IMG/VR virus record: IMGVR_UViG_3300020048_000016
Origin: an uncultured virus (IMG/VR IMGVR_UViG_3300020048_000016)
Lineage: Duplodnaviria > Heunggongvirae > Uroviricota > Caudoviricetes
DNA length: 64,000 bases
Reading direction: 5' to 3' (one strand)
Below the pieces are notes generated by a model. It saw only the letters and a list, made by a program, of their open reading frames with translations, had not been told where the DNA came from and made no database searches. Shown piece by piece: positions 19,677 through 29,785 of this stretch. The translations under genes were made by a program, and so were the position numbers. The first letter of the stretch is position 1. Each line of letters begins with the position of its first letter.

Positions 19677-19714
19677 GTTTAGTATTTTTGTTAAACAAAT
19701 AAAACTGATGTACT

Positions 19715-20050
19715 ATGTCAATTAAAAAATTCGAATTGTTGAAAAAAGTTACTGAGTGTAACTTCAACGTAGCAGAAACAATACAAGTTCTCAATTCAAG
19801 AAAACTATGGTTAATGTCCTGGGGAGCCAGAACATTTCAAAACTATGATAATAAAGCTCTTGTATTTAGAGTATCAGGTAGACATTTCAATGGTAATATA
19901 ATAATAACATTATCATTTGATGATACATATAGCGTAACATTTGCGTCAACACAATGGAACGAGAAAGAAAAATTCACAAACATCTATTTTGATGAACTTA
20001 CCGAATTCTTAGATTGTAAAATAGAAAGAACTAAAAATTATAAAAGATGA
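19715..20050 (+). CDS. Hypothetical phage early protein
   Basis: ORF behind TTTG-N20-TATTTTTG promoter. Confidence 0.7.
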   Translation: MSIKKFELLKKVTECNFNVAETIQVLNSRKLWLMSWGARTFQNYDNKALVFRVSGRHFNGNIIITLSFDDTYSVTFASTQWNEKEKFTNIYFDELTEFLDCKIERTKNYKR

Positions 20051-20283
20051 TGAACTTAAAAGAATTATTTGAAGCAAAAAGAGATATCAGAGAATCTGAA
20101 ATTCCTGAGATCTGGCTAGAGAGTTTTAACCAATTTATGTTTGGACAAACCTGCGCAGTTGAAACAAATGAAGATGGATCTTTCAAAGAGTTCATCTACT
20201 ACGGATGCGACTTTAGAATTTGGTATAACCAAAATAGAGAAGCAATCGAAAGAGATATTAAAATTGACGAAACTTTAAAGTAA
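20047..20283 (+). CDS. Hypothetical protein ending ERDIKIDETLK
   Basis: ORF; shared motif. Confidence 0.65.
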   Translation: MMNLKELFEAKRDIRESEIPEIWLESFNQFMFGQTCAVETNEDGSFKEFIYYGCDFRIWYNQNREAIERDIKIDETLK

Positions 20284-20915
20284 TGAATGATTTAAATTTT
20301 TATGAGAGTTATTTCTTTAGAGAAAGATTTAATAGAGAACCTAAAGTATGGTCTCTAGAAAAATTACACTCTTTATATTTACTTGCTAAAGAAAGATCGG
20401 AGAAAAGAAGAAAAGACTTCTCTGATCACGTAGAGCGTATAATCGAAGAGGTTAAACCAGAAACAGACAATTATAGAGAAGAGATTAAAGTTTATTTTGA
20501 AGAAGATAATGAAACCTATGTCTATAAAATAACAAAAAGTCTTGAATGGAACTGGAGTTACTCTAACGACACACTTAAATGGAGTTCTAATAATGTAGAA
20601 GCAAGAAATGAAAAAATAAACTTTCTATTAGACAACAAAAGAAATTTCGAATTAGGACAGGAAATGAGAAGACTTGAAAAGTTTAGATCGAGATTTGGAT
20701 GGAGAGTATTTAGACACATTACTAATAAAGTAGATCAAGCTTTATGTGAAAAATTCAAGAGTGTTAAAAACTACAATATGCCAAAAATTCTAAAGGTCAA
20801 TATAGCTGGATACATATATCTAGTTCAATTAACTGACGAAGCAAGAAATTCAAGTTACTCCTACAAAAAGTTCGAGATAATTGAGATAGAAAATAACGAA
20901 ATTATTAATTTATAG
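20283..20915 (+). CDS. Hypothetical protein with internal RNEKINFLL motif
   Basis: ORF; shared motif. Confidence 0.65.
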   Translation: MNDLNFYESYFFRERFNREPKVWSLEKLHSLYLLAKERSEKRRKDFSDHVERIIEEVKPETDNYREEIKVYFEEDNETYVYKITKSLEWNWSYSNDTLKWSSNNVEARNEKINFLLDNKRNFELGQEMRRLEKFRSRFGWRVFRHITNKVDQALCEKFKSVKNYNMPKILKVNIAGYIYLVQLTDEARNSSYSYKKFEIIEIENNEIINL

Positions 20916-21030
20916 TAGTTACTATATCATGATGTTACATGTTTTTGAAAAATAAAGAAAATTAACATAGTAAATAATAAATAATATCCATATATTTGCA
21001 AGAGTATTAATAAATAAAAACAAAACGATT

Positions 21031-21201
21031 ATGAAAAATTTAAGAAACAAAGTATTAGCATTTTTTGCACAAGCGTATGCAAATTTTTTAATTTTCCAAT
21101 TAGAGAATTGTAGATCAGTAGATGAATATGAAATGTTAATGACACAAGCAGTGACATTAGATTACGTTTGTTCAGAAGAGTTCGGATTTGATTTGAACTA
21201 A
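21031..21201 (+). CDS. Small hypothetical protein, 56 aa (MKNLRNKVLAFFAQAYANFL...)
   Basis: Manual translation; TATATTTG promoter at 20991. Confidence 0.6.
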   Translation: MKNLRNKVLAFFAQAYANFLIFQLENCRSVDEYEMLMTQAVTLDYVCSEEFGFDLN

Positions 21202-21226
21202 TAATAACGATAAAAATAATAAAGAA

Positions 21227-21625
21227 ATGAAAAAACTATTTTTAGATGATATAAGAAACCCAAAAGACGGAATTGGATTAGTTCCTTCTAATTTAAATCA
21301 ATTTTATTGGGCTAACGACTGGACCGTTGTAAGAACATATGATGAATTCGTTTCTTATATCACTGAAAATGGATTACCAGACTTCATCTCTTTTGATCAT
21401 GATCTAGCAGATGAGCACTATGTTGCTTATATGGAATTACAAAAAGGACATTTAGAAGAAAGTGTACCTACTGAGAAAACAGGATATCAAGCAGCAAAAT
21501 GGTTAGTTGATTATTGTGTAGATAATTCTGTTTTGATACCAGAGTACATTGTTCATTCTCAAAACGAGGTTGGTAAAAAGAACATACAAAGTTATTTAGA
21601 AAACGCAAAGAAACACTTATTTTAA
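21227..21625 (+). CDS. Cyclic-phosphate-processing receiver-like domain protein
   Basis: LFLDDIR.P...ISFDHDL...TGY...VHSQNEVG. Confidence 0.75.
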   Translation: MKKLFLDDIRNPKDGIGLVPSNLNQFYWANDWTVVRTYDEFVSYITENGLPDFISFDHDLADEHYVAYMELQKGHLEESVPTEKTGYQAAKWLVDYCVDNSVLIPEYIVHSQNEVGKKNIQSYLENAKKHLF

Positions 21626-21626
21626 A

Positions 21627-22382
21627 ATGGCCAGAATAAACTTTTTGATTGATATGGACTTCAACTATAGTGGCGTTGATGTAAATTATAATACAAGACA
21701 TTCCTGTAAAGAATATGGTTGTAACCAAGAAGGTATTTGTAGATGTGGTCAAATAGTAGATGAGGAAGTAACAGATGTTGATTTATCTTATATAGTTGAA
21801 AATGTATATAATACATTCTTTCAAGATGATGATAAAAAAACAAGAGCCAGAGATGAAAAGATAAATGAGATTATATTTGGCACTGGTAAAGATTTTGATA
21901 TCTATACCATAGACCGAATACTTCGATCATCTAAAATTTGGGATAAAAATATTTGGGAGATAAATGTAGGTGGTGGTTGGTATGGACAAGAAGTCGATAG
22001 TGTTAAAATAATAACAACTATTGCATCAAAATTAGAAATTCAATTATTTGAAGCACTTTCTATAAACTCATTCAGTGAGCGAATGGAGTACTTACTTATG
22101 TTAGAATATGGTAAGTTATTACCAGAACTAGAAGATTGCTTATATGAAATAATACAGGTTAAAAAAGAAGATCTGATATTAGGTAGCAAATCAAATGTTG
22201 AAGCAGTTAAAGATGAAATGTTAACATACGGACTTAAACATTATGAAGAGTATAATGGTATTAAAGGTGTAGTAATACCAAAGGGAAATAAATTTAGAGT
22301 GATCGATGGGTATCACCGAATATATGTAAACAAAAATAACTATCCAAAAGTGATAGTCGCAAAAAAAGTATATAATGAATAA
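21627..22382 (+). CDS. Hypothetical protein with Cys cluster, RDEKINEII motif and C-terminal ParB/Srx-like motif
   Basis: C...GC...CRC; VIDGYHR. Confidence 0.55.
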   Translation: MARINFLIDMDFNYSGVDVNYNTRHSCKEYGCNQEGICRCGQIVDEEVTDVDLSYIVENVYNTFFQDDDKKTRARDEKINEIIFGTGKDFDIYTIDRILRSSKIWDKNIWEINVGGGWYGQEVDSVKIITTIASKLEIQLFEALSINSFSERMEYLLMLEYGKLLPELEDCLYEIIQVKKEDLILGSKSNVEAVKDEMLTYGLKHYEEYNGIKGVVIPKGNKFRVIDGYHRIYVNKNNYPKVIVAKKVYNE

Positions 22383-22845
22383 ACCATTTGTAATATTGTT
22401 AGTTGGTGTTCCACTGTCCGGTAAATCTACTTGGATAAGAAATAATCATCCAGCTACAAGAATTGTATCAAGAGATGAACTTGTAATGGAAGTATATGGA
22501 TCTGATGATTACAATACCGCATTCAAAGAAGTTAATCAAAAAGATGTTGATCGTTTATTGGATTTAAGATTGAAAGAAGTTAACACTAACAAAGAAAATG
22601 TTATTGTTGATATGACTAATATGGTTGTAAGCAGAAGAGTTAAAACATTAAGATACTTTTCTGAAGACTACTATAAAGAAGTTATTGTTTTTCCAGTTCT
22701 AGATTTAGATGAATATGATCGAAGAAACAAAGAAAGAAATGTAAATGAAAACAAATGGATTCCACCATTTGTAATATCAAGTATGTTAAATTCTTACCAA
22801 GAGCCAACATTAGATGAAGGCTTTGATAAAATAACTATATTATAA
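22375..22845 (+). CDS. P-loop kinase (polynucleotide-kinase-like, AAA_33)
   Basis: GVPLSGKST, SRD, VDMTN. Confidence 0.8.
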   Translation: MNKPFVILLVGVPLSGKSTWIRNNHPATRIVSRDELVMEVYGSDDYNTAFKEVNQKDVDRLLDLRLKEVNTNKENVIVDMTNMVVSRRVKTLRYFSEDYYKEVIVFPVLDLDEYDRRNKERNVNENKWIPPFVISSMLNSYQEPTLDEGFDKITIL

Positions 22846-22856
22846 AAATTAGACAA

Positions 22857-23171
22857 ATGGATAATAAACTTAAAAACGTAATTGCTACTATCTCTGATGC
22901 CATTGTAGCATCTGGTAAAAAATTAAATGAGATCGATATTACATCGATAAATGATTTCTTAACAAAATCAGGTGTACCAAAACAAGATTGGGAATCTATT
23001 TATAATAGACTTAGAGAATTACATAATGCTCCTACTGGATCTGCAGGTAATTCTGGTAAAGAATGGAAGGATACCAATTGGTCCGATGATTTACCAAATA
23101 CACCAACAACCGTTTCTCATAAACAACCAAGAAAAAATGTATTTGGTCAAATTAAAAAAATTGCAGGATAA
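22857..23171 (+). CDS. Hypothetical protein (apparently present in only one assembled haplotype)
   Basis: ORF; junction sequence after the N gap skips it. Confidence 0.6.
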   Translation: MDNKLKNVIATISDAIVASGKKLNEIDITSINDFLTKSGVPKQDWESIYNRLRELHNAPTGSAGNSGKEWKDTNWSDDLPNTPTTVSHKQPRKNVFGQIKKIAG

Positions 23172-23186
23172 TGGAANNNNNNNNNN

Positions 23187-23258
23187 AGTATGTTAAATTC
23201 TTACCAAGAACCAACATTAGATGAAGGATTTGATAAAATAACTATATTATAAAAAATT
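23187..23258 (+). repeat. Near-identical copy of 22780-22850 directly after a 10-N scaffold gap
   Basis: Two synonymous SNPs (GAG/GAA, GGC/GGA) and one extra A. Confidence 0.85.
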
Positions 23259-23266
23259 GCAGGATA

Positions 23267-23644
23267 ATGGAAATAGGATCTATCATAGAAATTGACTTCT
23301 CTAATTTAGAGAATAGATATTATGATGGAGACTATTCATCCTATTATGATTTTAGTGAGTTAATTGATAAATACGAAGGTAGATTTAATTTAGAACAATC
23401 ACTCTCTTATGATCTATCAGATGATAGTACAGAATATTTACTAAACATTTATTATAATCTTGAGGTTAGTGGTTATAATAGTTATTGTCCTGGTGACTAT
23501 TGGACACCACCTGATTCCAGTTTAGAGATACAAGAAACAAATATTACTATTATAGCAGTAGATATAAATGAGACTGAAATAGAATTATACAAAGATTTAG
23601 AAAATCAATTTATCGAATTAATAGAGAAAAAAATAGGCACTTGA
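23267..23644 (+). CDS. Acidic hypothetical protein (GDYWTPP)
   Basis: ORF. Confidence 0.65.
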   Translation: MEIGSIIEIDFSNLENRYYDGDYSSYYDFSELIDKYEGRFNLEQSLSYDLSDDSTEYLLNIYYNLEVSGYNSYCPGDYWTPPDSSLEIQETNITIIAVDINETEIELYKDLENQFIELIEKKIGT

Positions 23645-23896
23645 ATGAATGATGATGTAATAAGAAGATGGGTTTATTTAGAAGAATCTGATAAAAATCC
23701 ACATTATACTATAAATCCTGATATACAACTAACTAGCATAACCTATACAAGTGTTAATTATAAAGTAGAGTATATATCAAAGATACAACCGAATAGATGG
23801 AGAAACTGGTATTCAAAAACACTTCATATAAATGAAAGAGATATTTTAAGAGAAATGAGAGATAGAAGAATAGATGAAATATTAGATGAGAATTAA
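23645..23896 (+). CDS. Hypothetical protein ending MRDRRIDEILDEN
   Basis: ORF; shared motif. Confidence 0.65.
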   Translation: MNDDVIRRWVYLEESDKNPHYTINPDIQLTSITYTSVNYKVEYISKIQPNRWRNWYSKTLHINERDILREMRDRRIDEILDEN

Positions 23897-23927
23897 TTTT
23901 TAATTCTAATTTTTTATATATATCTTT

Positions 23928-24407
23928 ATGAGACTATTAAAATACAACGAGATGTTCGATACGGAAGAATTGAAATCAAAATTTGAAATGCCTTACCTTA
24001 AAGGTGAGATGGGAAAATTAATTTCTAATTTTACTAAATTTGATCAAGGTGACAAAGGTGAATTAGACACTTTTTTAAAAAAAATCTTATTTAGATATCC
24101 TGTTATTGAAAAATTTAATAGAGATGAAGTAGAAGGATGTCCAGTATTTTTTGCAACATCAAAAACTCCTGCATATGATGGTAACGAACACTATACACAA
24201 ATTGCTCTTGCATTTGAAAATGGTGAGTACACTGTTGCTATTATATTGAGAAAACTAGATGATTTAAATGAAGAAAACTGGTTTATGAAATTATACGGGT
24301 TCCCAACAATAGAAGAATCTTATAGTCTTTTTGATATGTTTATAAATGCTTGTAAGAAATTTAATATTTTGAATGATAATGATAAATTTGATGTTATGTC
24401 AAACTAA
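23928..24407 (+). CDS. Tagged (MRLLKYNE) hypothetical protein
   Basis: Tag variant; TATATATA promoter 5 nt upstream. Confidence 0.65.
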   Translation: MRLLKYNEMFDTEELKSKFEMPYLKGEMGKLISNFTKFDQGDKGELDTFLKKILFRYPVIEKFNRDEVEGCPVFFATSKTPAYDGNEHYTQIALAFENGEYTVAIILRKLDDLNEENWFMKLYGFPTIEESYSLFDMFINACKKFNILNDNDKFDVMSN

Positions 24408-24616
24408 TCACCTTTCATTAAATGATAAATATTTACTAAGATAACCATCGCATTTAAAATTATAAGAGGCATCTTTCCGTTGTGTATTGCATAGAATAAG
24501 AATATTACACAACCAACATTATTTAGTATTCTTAATAACTTAACGTTCTTTGTACAAAAGCTTAAAAATATTAGAACTGATCCGATATAAGCCATTATTT
24601 CCATAAATTGTTCCAT
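24404..24616 (-). CDS. Small 3-TM membrane protein (YgjV/PQ-loop-like)
   Basis: YIGSVLIFLSF...LRILN.VGC..F..YA...LN. Confidence 0.7.
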   Translation of the reverse strand: MEQFMEIMAYIGSVLIFLSFCTKNVKLLRILNNVGCVIFLFYAIHNGKMPLIILNAMVILVNIYHLMKGD

Positions 24617-24732
24617 TAAGTATATATAATTTTTTAAAACTTTTTTATTTTAAAATTATAAATGGAATATTTTCGTAGTGGTTAATTTTTCATTAGATTC
24701 TGGTTAAGACCGGGATTTTTTATAAATACACT

Positions 24733-25188
24733 ATGATAGAAATTTACACAGAACTACAACACTTAATTCCAATATCAATCAAAATACTTATTGCTACTAT
24801 ATGCGGTTCTCTTGTTGGATGGGATAGAGAAAGAAAAAACAAATTCGCAGGACTAAGAACTAATATCTTAATATGCGTCGGTTCAGCAATTTTCACAATT
24901 GGATCATTTTACGTTGCTACTGTTTATGGTGGTGATCCAACTAGAATAATATCAACTATTGTAACAGGTGTTGGCTTTCTAGGCGGTGGTGTTATAATGA
25001 TCGATAAGGATAGAGTTATAGGAATAACAACCGCTGCTTTTATATGGGTAATATCCGCTATTGGTATATTATGTGGTATGGGAATGATAATTACACCTAT
25101 TCTATTGACAATTGGATTGATAACTATATCAAGATCATTTGAGAAATTAGAAAGAAAAATAAGAAAAGACTTTGATGATAGAAATTGA
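24733..25188 (+). CDS. MgtC/SapB family membrane protein
   Basis: VGWDRE...AGLRT...DPTRI...IVTGVGFLGGG...GITTAA.IW. Confidence 0.9.
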   Translation: MIEIYTELQHLIPISIKILIATICGSLVGWDRERKNKFAGLRTNILICVGSAIFTIGSFYVATVYGGDPTRIISTIVTGVGFLGGGVIMIDKDRVIGITTAAFIWVISAIGILCGMGMIITPILLTIGLITISRSFEKLERKIRKDFDDRN

Positions 25189-25669
25189 AAGAAAATTCCT
25201 TCTTAAAGGAATACCAGATAAGAAACCTAGTGAGATTATTAAAATTAATCAGTGGTACTTAAAAAACGAAGAAGGTGTTTGGGAAAGAATTAGATCTTGG
25301 GATTCAAATACAAATGGTAAGAAATGGATTCACACAATCAAAACAAGAATATCTGATATGTCTAACATAGAAGAAGAGAAAGAAGTTACCGAGAAAGAAT
25401 TTCTAGCATTTCAAAGAAAATGTCACTCTAAGATAAATCAAGGTCGATCTATAATTAAACAAAGAAGAATTTATATTGATGGTGAAAATAAATGGGAAGT
25501 TGACCTATTTAAAAGTGGTTGTCAATTAATAATCGCAGAGGTTGAAATACCAAGTGAGGACTACGAGTTAGCAATACCTGAATTTATAGAGAAGAAGAAT
25601 TTAATGGAAGTTACTGGTCTAAAACAATTCAGTAACCGAAGTTTAGCAAACAAAGTAAAAACTAAATAA
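25172..25669 (+). CDS. CYTH-domain (triphosphate tunnel) protein
   Basis: EIERKFL...WEVD.F...AEVEI...EVTG...SN. Confidence 0.85.
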   Translation: MMIEIERKFLLKGIPDKKPSEIIKINQWYLKNEEGVWERIRSWDSNTNGKKWIHTIKTRISDMSNIEEEKEVTEKEFLAFQRKCHSKINQGRSIIKQRRIYIDGENKWEVDLFKSGCQLIIAEVEIPSEDYELAIPEFIEKKNLMEVTGLKQFSNRSLANKVKTK

Positions 25670-26603
25670 TATAAATATGATATTTTAAATATTCTATATC
25701 TATTTTTGATAAATCGGTATATGGTATTCTTATCATTTTAATATTATTTTCTAAACAATATTGATTTTTAAAACTATCAAGCTCTTTTTGCTCTTCAAAT
25801 CTTTTTAATCCACCAAACTTGTTAATAGGCTCAAAATGTAAAACTCCATCATATTCAATAATTTTTGTTAAAATATCTTTTTCGAAAATTGCAAAATCAA
25901 ATCTTGGTGTACCTCCTTTATTGGTTTTTAATCCTTTTATAATAAATTGTTCCTCAAATTTTATACCTATATCTTTTAATATATTTGAAATTAATAACTC
26001 TCCTTTGGAAAACCTACACTTTGGACAACCTCTACCTCTTAATATCATATTTGGGTTAGCTAACCATATATTATCACATATACAACACTTAAAGTTAATT
26101 TTTGTATTACTATTATAATACTTATCAATTAAATCAATTCTATTTTCATGAACTGATTTAAGTTCCTCTATGTATTTCTCATTACTTTTAATACGAGATG
26201 ATTTTGTTTTTTGATGTCCACATTTTGGACATCCGTTACCTCTCAGTAAAGATCTAGCAATTGGATTCCATATATTATCACATACTTTACACAAAACTTT
26301 AATTCTATCTTCTCCTTTTTTATATTCCTCCAAAACTTTAATTCTATCACCCCAATACTCATCAACTCTTTTTAAATAAATATCATTTGATAAAGTATAT
26401 ACTCTTTTTGATTTAGCTCTTTTTTGACATTTTACACACCCGTTATCTCTTTTTGATCTTAATACATCTTTATAAGCTGCGAACCATTCATAACCACATT
26501 CACAACTAAAATTTAGTTTAGAACTATCATTTTTATAAAATTCCAAATTATTAATTGATAATTTGGAATTATGTTTTTTCAATCTATCTAATACTATATC
26601 CAT
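25662..26603 (-). CDS. Homing-endonuclease-like protein: three Zn-ribbon repeats plus Vsr/DUF559-type nuclease
   Basis: Repeats CxxC..W....L..GCPKC; SKGE, RFDF, IEYDGVLH, MIRIPY. Confidence 0.75.
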   Translation of the reverse strand: MDIVLDRLKKHNSKLSINNLEFYKNDSSKLNFSCECGYEWFAAYKDVLRSKRDNGCVKCQKRAKSKRVYTLSNDIYLKRVDEYWGDRIKVLEEYKKGEDRIKVLCKVCDNIWNPIARSLLRGNGCPKCGHQKTKSSRIKSNEKYIEELKSVHENRIDLIDKYYNSNTKINFKCCICDNIWLANPNMILRGRGCPKCRFSKGELLISNILKDIGIKFEEQFIIKGLKTNKGGTPRFDFAIFEKDILTKIIEYDGVLHFEPINKFGGLKRFEEQKELDSFKNQYCLENNIKMIRIPYTDLSKIDIEYLKYHIYII

Positions 26604-26666
26604 TATATTTTATTGTTTTCCTTTCTATATATATTAAACTTTATACTCTACATACATATAATTAAT

Positions 26667-27233
26667 ATGGAAAAAGATAAATTAGAACTTAGAATGTATG
26701 GTTTTGTTAATTATCAATTAACTGGTATACAAATGGGAATACAATTCGCTCATTCAATAGTTGAATATGGTCTAGAGAACTTTAGCTCAACCGAATATCT
26801 AGACTGGGCTAAGTATTGGAAGACCGTAATTTTACTTAATGGTGGAACCACAAATAATAACTCTGAGAGATTAGGAACTCTAAATCAAACATATAATACT
26901 TTAATAGAGAATGATGTTATATGTTCATCATTTAATGAGCCAGACTTGGGTGATCAAATGACCGCTATTTGTTTTATTATTGATGAAAGAGTATTTAACA
27001 GAAAAAAATATTTAGACTTTGGTGATTGGTTTATGTACACTAACTTCTCATATCTTCAGGATAATATGATACAACCTAATAAATTAGAAAGAATGAGATT
27101 AGAAGGGTACTTCGAAACAACTGATGATGAAGAAGAAAAGAAATTTTACCAAGATTGGGTTGATTATGTAGGTGGTGAAAAAAATGTTTTCCTAAGAGAT
27201 TTTTTAAATCCTAGAAAAGTAAAACTAGCATAA
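26667..27233 (+). CDS. Phage protein with probable PTH2 (peptidyl-tRNA hydrolase II)-like fold
   Basis: RMY.FV...IQ.AH...W....KT.ILL...F.EPDL...TAI; start reassigned to ATG 26667. Confidence 0.55.
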   Translation: MEKDKLELRMYGFVNYQLTGIQMGIQFAHSIVEYGLENFSSTEYLDWAKYWKTVILLNGGTTNNNSERLGTLNQTYNTLIENDVICSSFNEPDLGDQMTAICFIIDERVFNRKKYLDFGDWFMYTNFSYLQDNMIQPNKLERMRLEGYFETTDDEEEKKFYQDWVDYVGGEKNVFLRDFLNPRKVKLA

Positions 27234-27593
27234 ATGGATAAATGGTTCAAAATATTAGATGATATTTATATTTGTGTTTCAAGTGAGCACCAATTTACTA
27301 TTGATAATAAATGGACTACTAGTTACTTCTCTTTTGATTTAAAATCCAATCCTTCCTATTTAGATAAACTTCATAATTTTTATGAAAATAGAATAGGATT
27401 TGATTGGGAAGATAGCAAATCAAGAGGATCTAATTCGTCAATAAAATTTTTTGATATATATAATGACTCTTTAACGATCACAATTAGATCTAATCATTGG
27501 GGTATAAAAGATAAATCATACGAGAGAAATCTAAGATTAAACGAATTATTACCAGAATATAAAACTTCTGAAGAGAATGACGATATAAAATAA
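27234..27593 (+). CDS. Hypothetical protein with ERNLRLNELL motif
   Basis: ORF directly upstream of clpC. Confidence 0.6.
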   Translation: MDKWFKILDDIYICVSSEHQFTIDNKWTTSYFSFDLKSNPSYLDKLHNFYENRIGFDWEDSKSRGSNSSIKFFDIYNDSLTITIRSNHWGIKDKSYERNLRLNELLPEYKTSEENDDIK

Positions 27594-27616
27594 ACGAATT
27601 AAAATTAATTTAACAT

Positions 27617-29737
27617 ATGAGTAAAAAAATCAATAAAGACGAACAATACATCAGTAATGTACCTGATATTAGATCTGCTATCGAAGATGATGATGATGAT
27701 GATAAATCATTTTCAGCAAAAAAAGCCGATAGTAAATCTAAAACTCCTGTATTAGACACATACAGTAGAGATCTTACAAAAATGGCGGAAGAGTCAAAAC
27801 TTGATCCAATTGTGGGTAGAGAAAAAGAGATCGAGAGAGTTTCTCAAATTCTTTCAAGAAGAAAGAAAAATAATCCAATTTTAATTGGTGAACCAGGAGT
27901 TGGTAAATCTTCTATTGCTGAAGGATTAGCACTTAGAATCGTACAAAGAAAAGTTAGTAGAATTCTTTTTAATAAAAGAGTTGTTATGTTAGACTTAGCT
28001 TCTATGGTTGCAGGTACTAAATACAGAGGTCAATTCGAAGAAAGAATCAAAGCTCTTATGGCAGAAATGGAAAAAAATCCTGATGTTATTTTATTTATTG
28101 ATGAAATTCATACTATGATTGGTGCAGGTGGTGCTTCTGGTTCTATGGATGCATCTAATATGTTCAAACCAGCATTAGCAAGAGGTGAGATACAAATCAT
28201 CGGTGCTACTACTTTGGATGAGTATAGAAAACACATTGAAAAAGATGGTGCATTAGAAAGACGTTTCCAAAAAGTAGTTATCGAAGCAGCATCTCCTGAA
28301 GAAACTATTGAAATTATCGGAAACATTAAAGATCGTTATGAGTCTCACCACAATGTTACTTATACACCAGAAGCAATTAAGGCTTGTGTCGATCTAACAA
28401 ACCGATACATTACGGATCGTTTTCTTCCGGATAAAGCAATTGATGCATTAGATGAAGCAGGATCAAGAGTTCACATTTCAAACATTGTAGTTCCGAAAGA
28501 AATTACAAATATTGAAAAACAAATTCTTGATATCAAAGATCAAAAACACGAAGTTATTCGTTCTCAAAAGTACGAAGAAGCTGCAAAACTTAGAGACTCT
28601 GAAAGAAAATTGAACGAGGCTTTGGAAGCAGCAAGACAGAAATGGGAAGAAGAAGCATCAAACAATCGTCAAATCGTAACTGAGGATAATGTTGCAGAAG
28701 TTGTTTCTATGATGACTGGTATTCCATTACAAAAAGTCGGAGAGAAAGAAAACGAAAGACTTGCTAAAATGTACTCAGAAGTTGCTGGTAAAGTAGTTGG
28801 TCAAGATGATGCGGTTAAGAAAGTAGTTAGAGCAATACAAAGAGGTAGAGTTGGTATGAAAGATGCTAACAAACCAGTATTCAGTGGGATGTTAATTGGT
28901 AACTCTGGTGTTGGGAAAACTGAGTTGGCTAAACAAATTGCCAAATACTTATTTGATAATGAAGATTCTTTAATCAGATTAGATATGTCTGAGTATATGG
29001 ATAAAATTTCTATCTCTAAAATTCAAGGATCCGCACCTGGTTACGTTGGTTACGAAGATGCAAATGTTCTTGATAGAATTAGAAGAAAACCTTATTCAGT
29101 AGTTCTTTTTGATGAGATCGAAAAAGCTCACCCTGATGTATTCAATTTATTCTTACAAATGTTAGATGATGGTCAAGTTACCGATTCTCACGGAAGAAAA
29201 GTAAGTTTCAAAAATTGTATTATCTTAATGACATCTAACGTAGGTACAAGATTGGTTAAAGATTTTGGAACTGGTGTTGGATTCTCTACTAAAAATAAAG
29301 AAGCAGTTAGAGACGAGGAAATTAAAGGTATCTTAGAGAAAGAGTTGAAAAACAAATTCGCACCTGAGTTTATCAATCGTCTTGATGATATTATTTATTT
29401 TAGAGATTTAGGTAAAGAAGAGATCTTAAAAATTGTTGACTTAGAATTAACTAAGACGGTTAAAAGAGCATCAGATATCGGTTATCCAATCGAGATTACT
29501 GATACACTTAAAGATCACTTAGTTGTTGTTGGATATGATCCTAAATATGGTGCTAGACCATTAAAAAGAGCAATACAAAAATGGGTAGATGATGTTATCA
29601 CAGATTTCATTATTGAAAATAACCCTGCGGAAGGAACTAAATTCAATATCGATTATGATAAAGAAGAAGATTCCTCAGTGGTTAAAGTTGAAAAACCAGA
29701 AAAGGTTAGGAAAACCAAAAAGAAAAAAGATGAGTAA
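27617..29737 (+). CDS. clpC: ClpC-type AAA+ protease ATPase subunit lacking the N-terminal Clp repeat domain
   Basis: Two AAA modules ([28 protein letters not shown]), UVR M-domain ([11 protein letters not shown]), VGF ClpP-docking loop. Confidence 0.9.
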   Translation: MSKKINKDEQYISNVPDIRSAIEDDDDDDKSFSAKKADSKSKTPVLDTYSRDLTKMAEESKLDPIVGREKEIERVSQILSRRKKNNPILIGEPGVGKSSIAEGLALRIVQRKVSRILFNKRVVMLDLASMVAGTKYRGQFEERIKALMAEMEKNPDVILFIDEIHTMIGAGGASGSMDASNMFKPALARGEIQIIGATTLDEYRKHIEKDGALERRFQKVVIEAASPEETIEIIGNIKDRYESHHNVTYTPEAIKACVDLTNRYITDRFLPDKAIDALDEAGSRVHISNIVVPKEITNIEKQILDIKDQKHEVIRSQKYEEAAKLRDSERKLNEALEAARQKWEEEASNNRQIVTEDNVAEVVSMMTGIPLQKVGEKENERLAKMYSEVAGKVVGQDDAVKKVVRAIQRGRVGMKDANKPVFSGMLIGNSGVGKTELAKQIAKYLFDNEDSLIRLDMSEYMDKISISKIQGSAPGYVGYEDANVLDRIRRKPYSVVLFDEIEKAHPDVFNLFLQMLDDGQVTDSHGRKVSFKNCIILMTSNVGTRLVKDFGTGVGFSTKNKEAVRDEEIKGILEKELKNKFAPEFINRLDDIIYFRDLGKEEILKIVDLELTKTVKRASDIGYPIEITDTLKDHLVVVGYDPKYGARPLKRAIQKWVDDVITDFIIENNPAEGTKFNIDYDKEEDSSVVKVEKPEKVRKTKKKKDE

Positions 29738-29740
29738 AAG

Positions 29741-29770
29741 AAAGAGAGAGTGTAAACTCTCTCTTTTTTT
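29741..29770 (+). terminator. Intrinsic terminator after clpC
   Basis: AAAGAGAGAG-TGTAAA-CTCTCTCTTTTTTT. Confidence 0.75.
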
Positions 29771-29785
29771 GTTATATAATTAAAT

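Noticed and set aside
23187..23258. Genuine direct repeat or att site
   Set aside because: Abuts a 10-N scaffold gap and is best explained as a second haplotype joined by the assembler
24662..24720. Micro-ORF MEYFRSG and hairpin upstream of the MgtC gene as a leader/attenuator
   Set aside because: Only 7 codons, a weak G-U-rich stem, and MgtC has its own promoter downstream; not enough support
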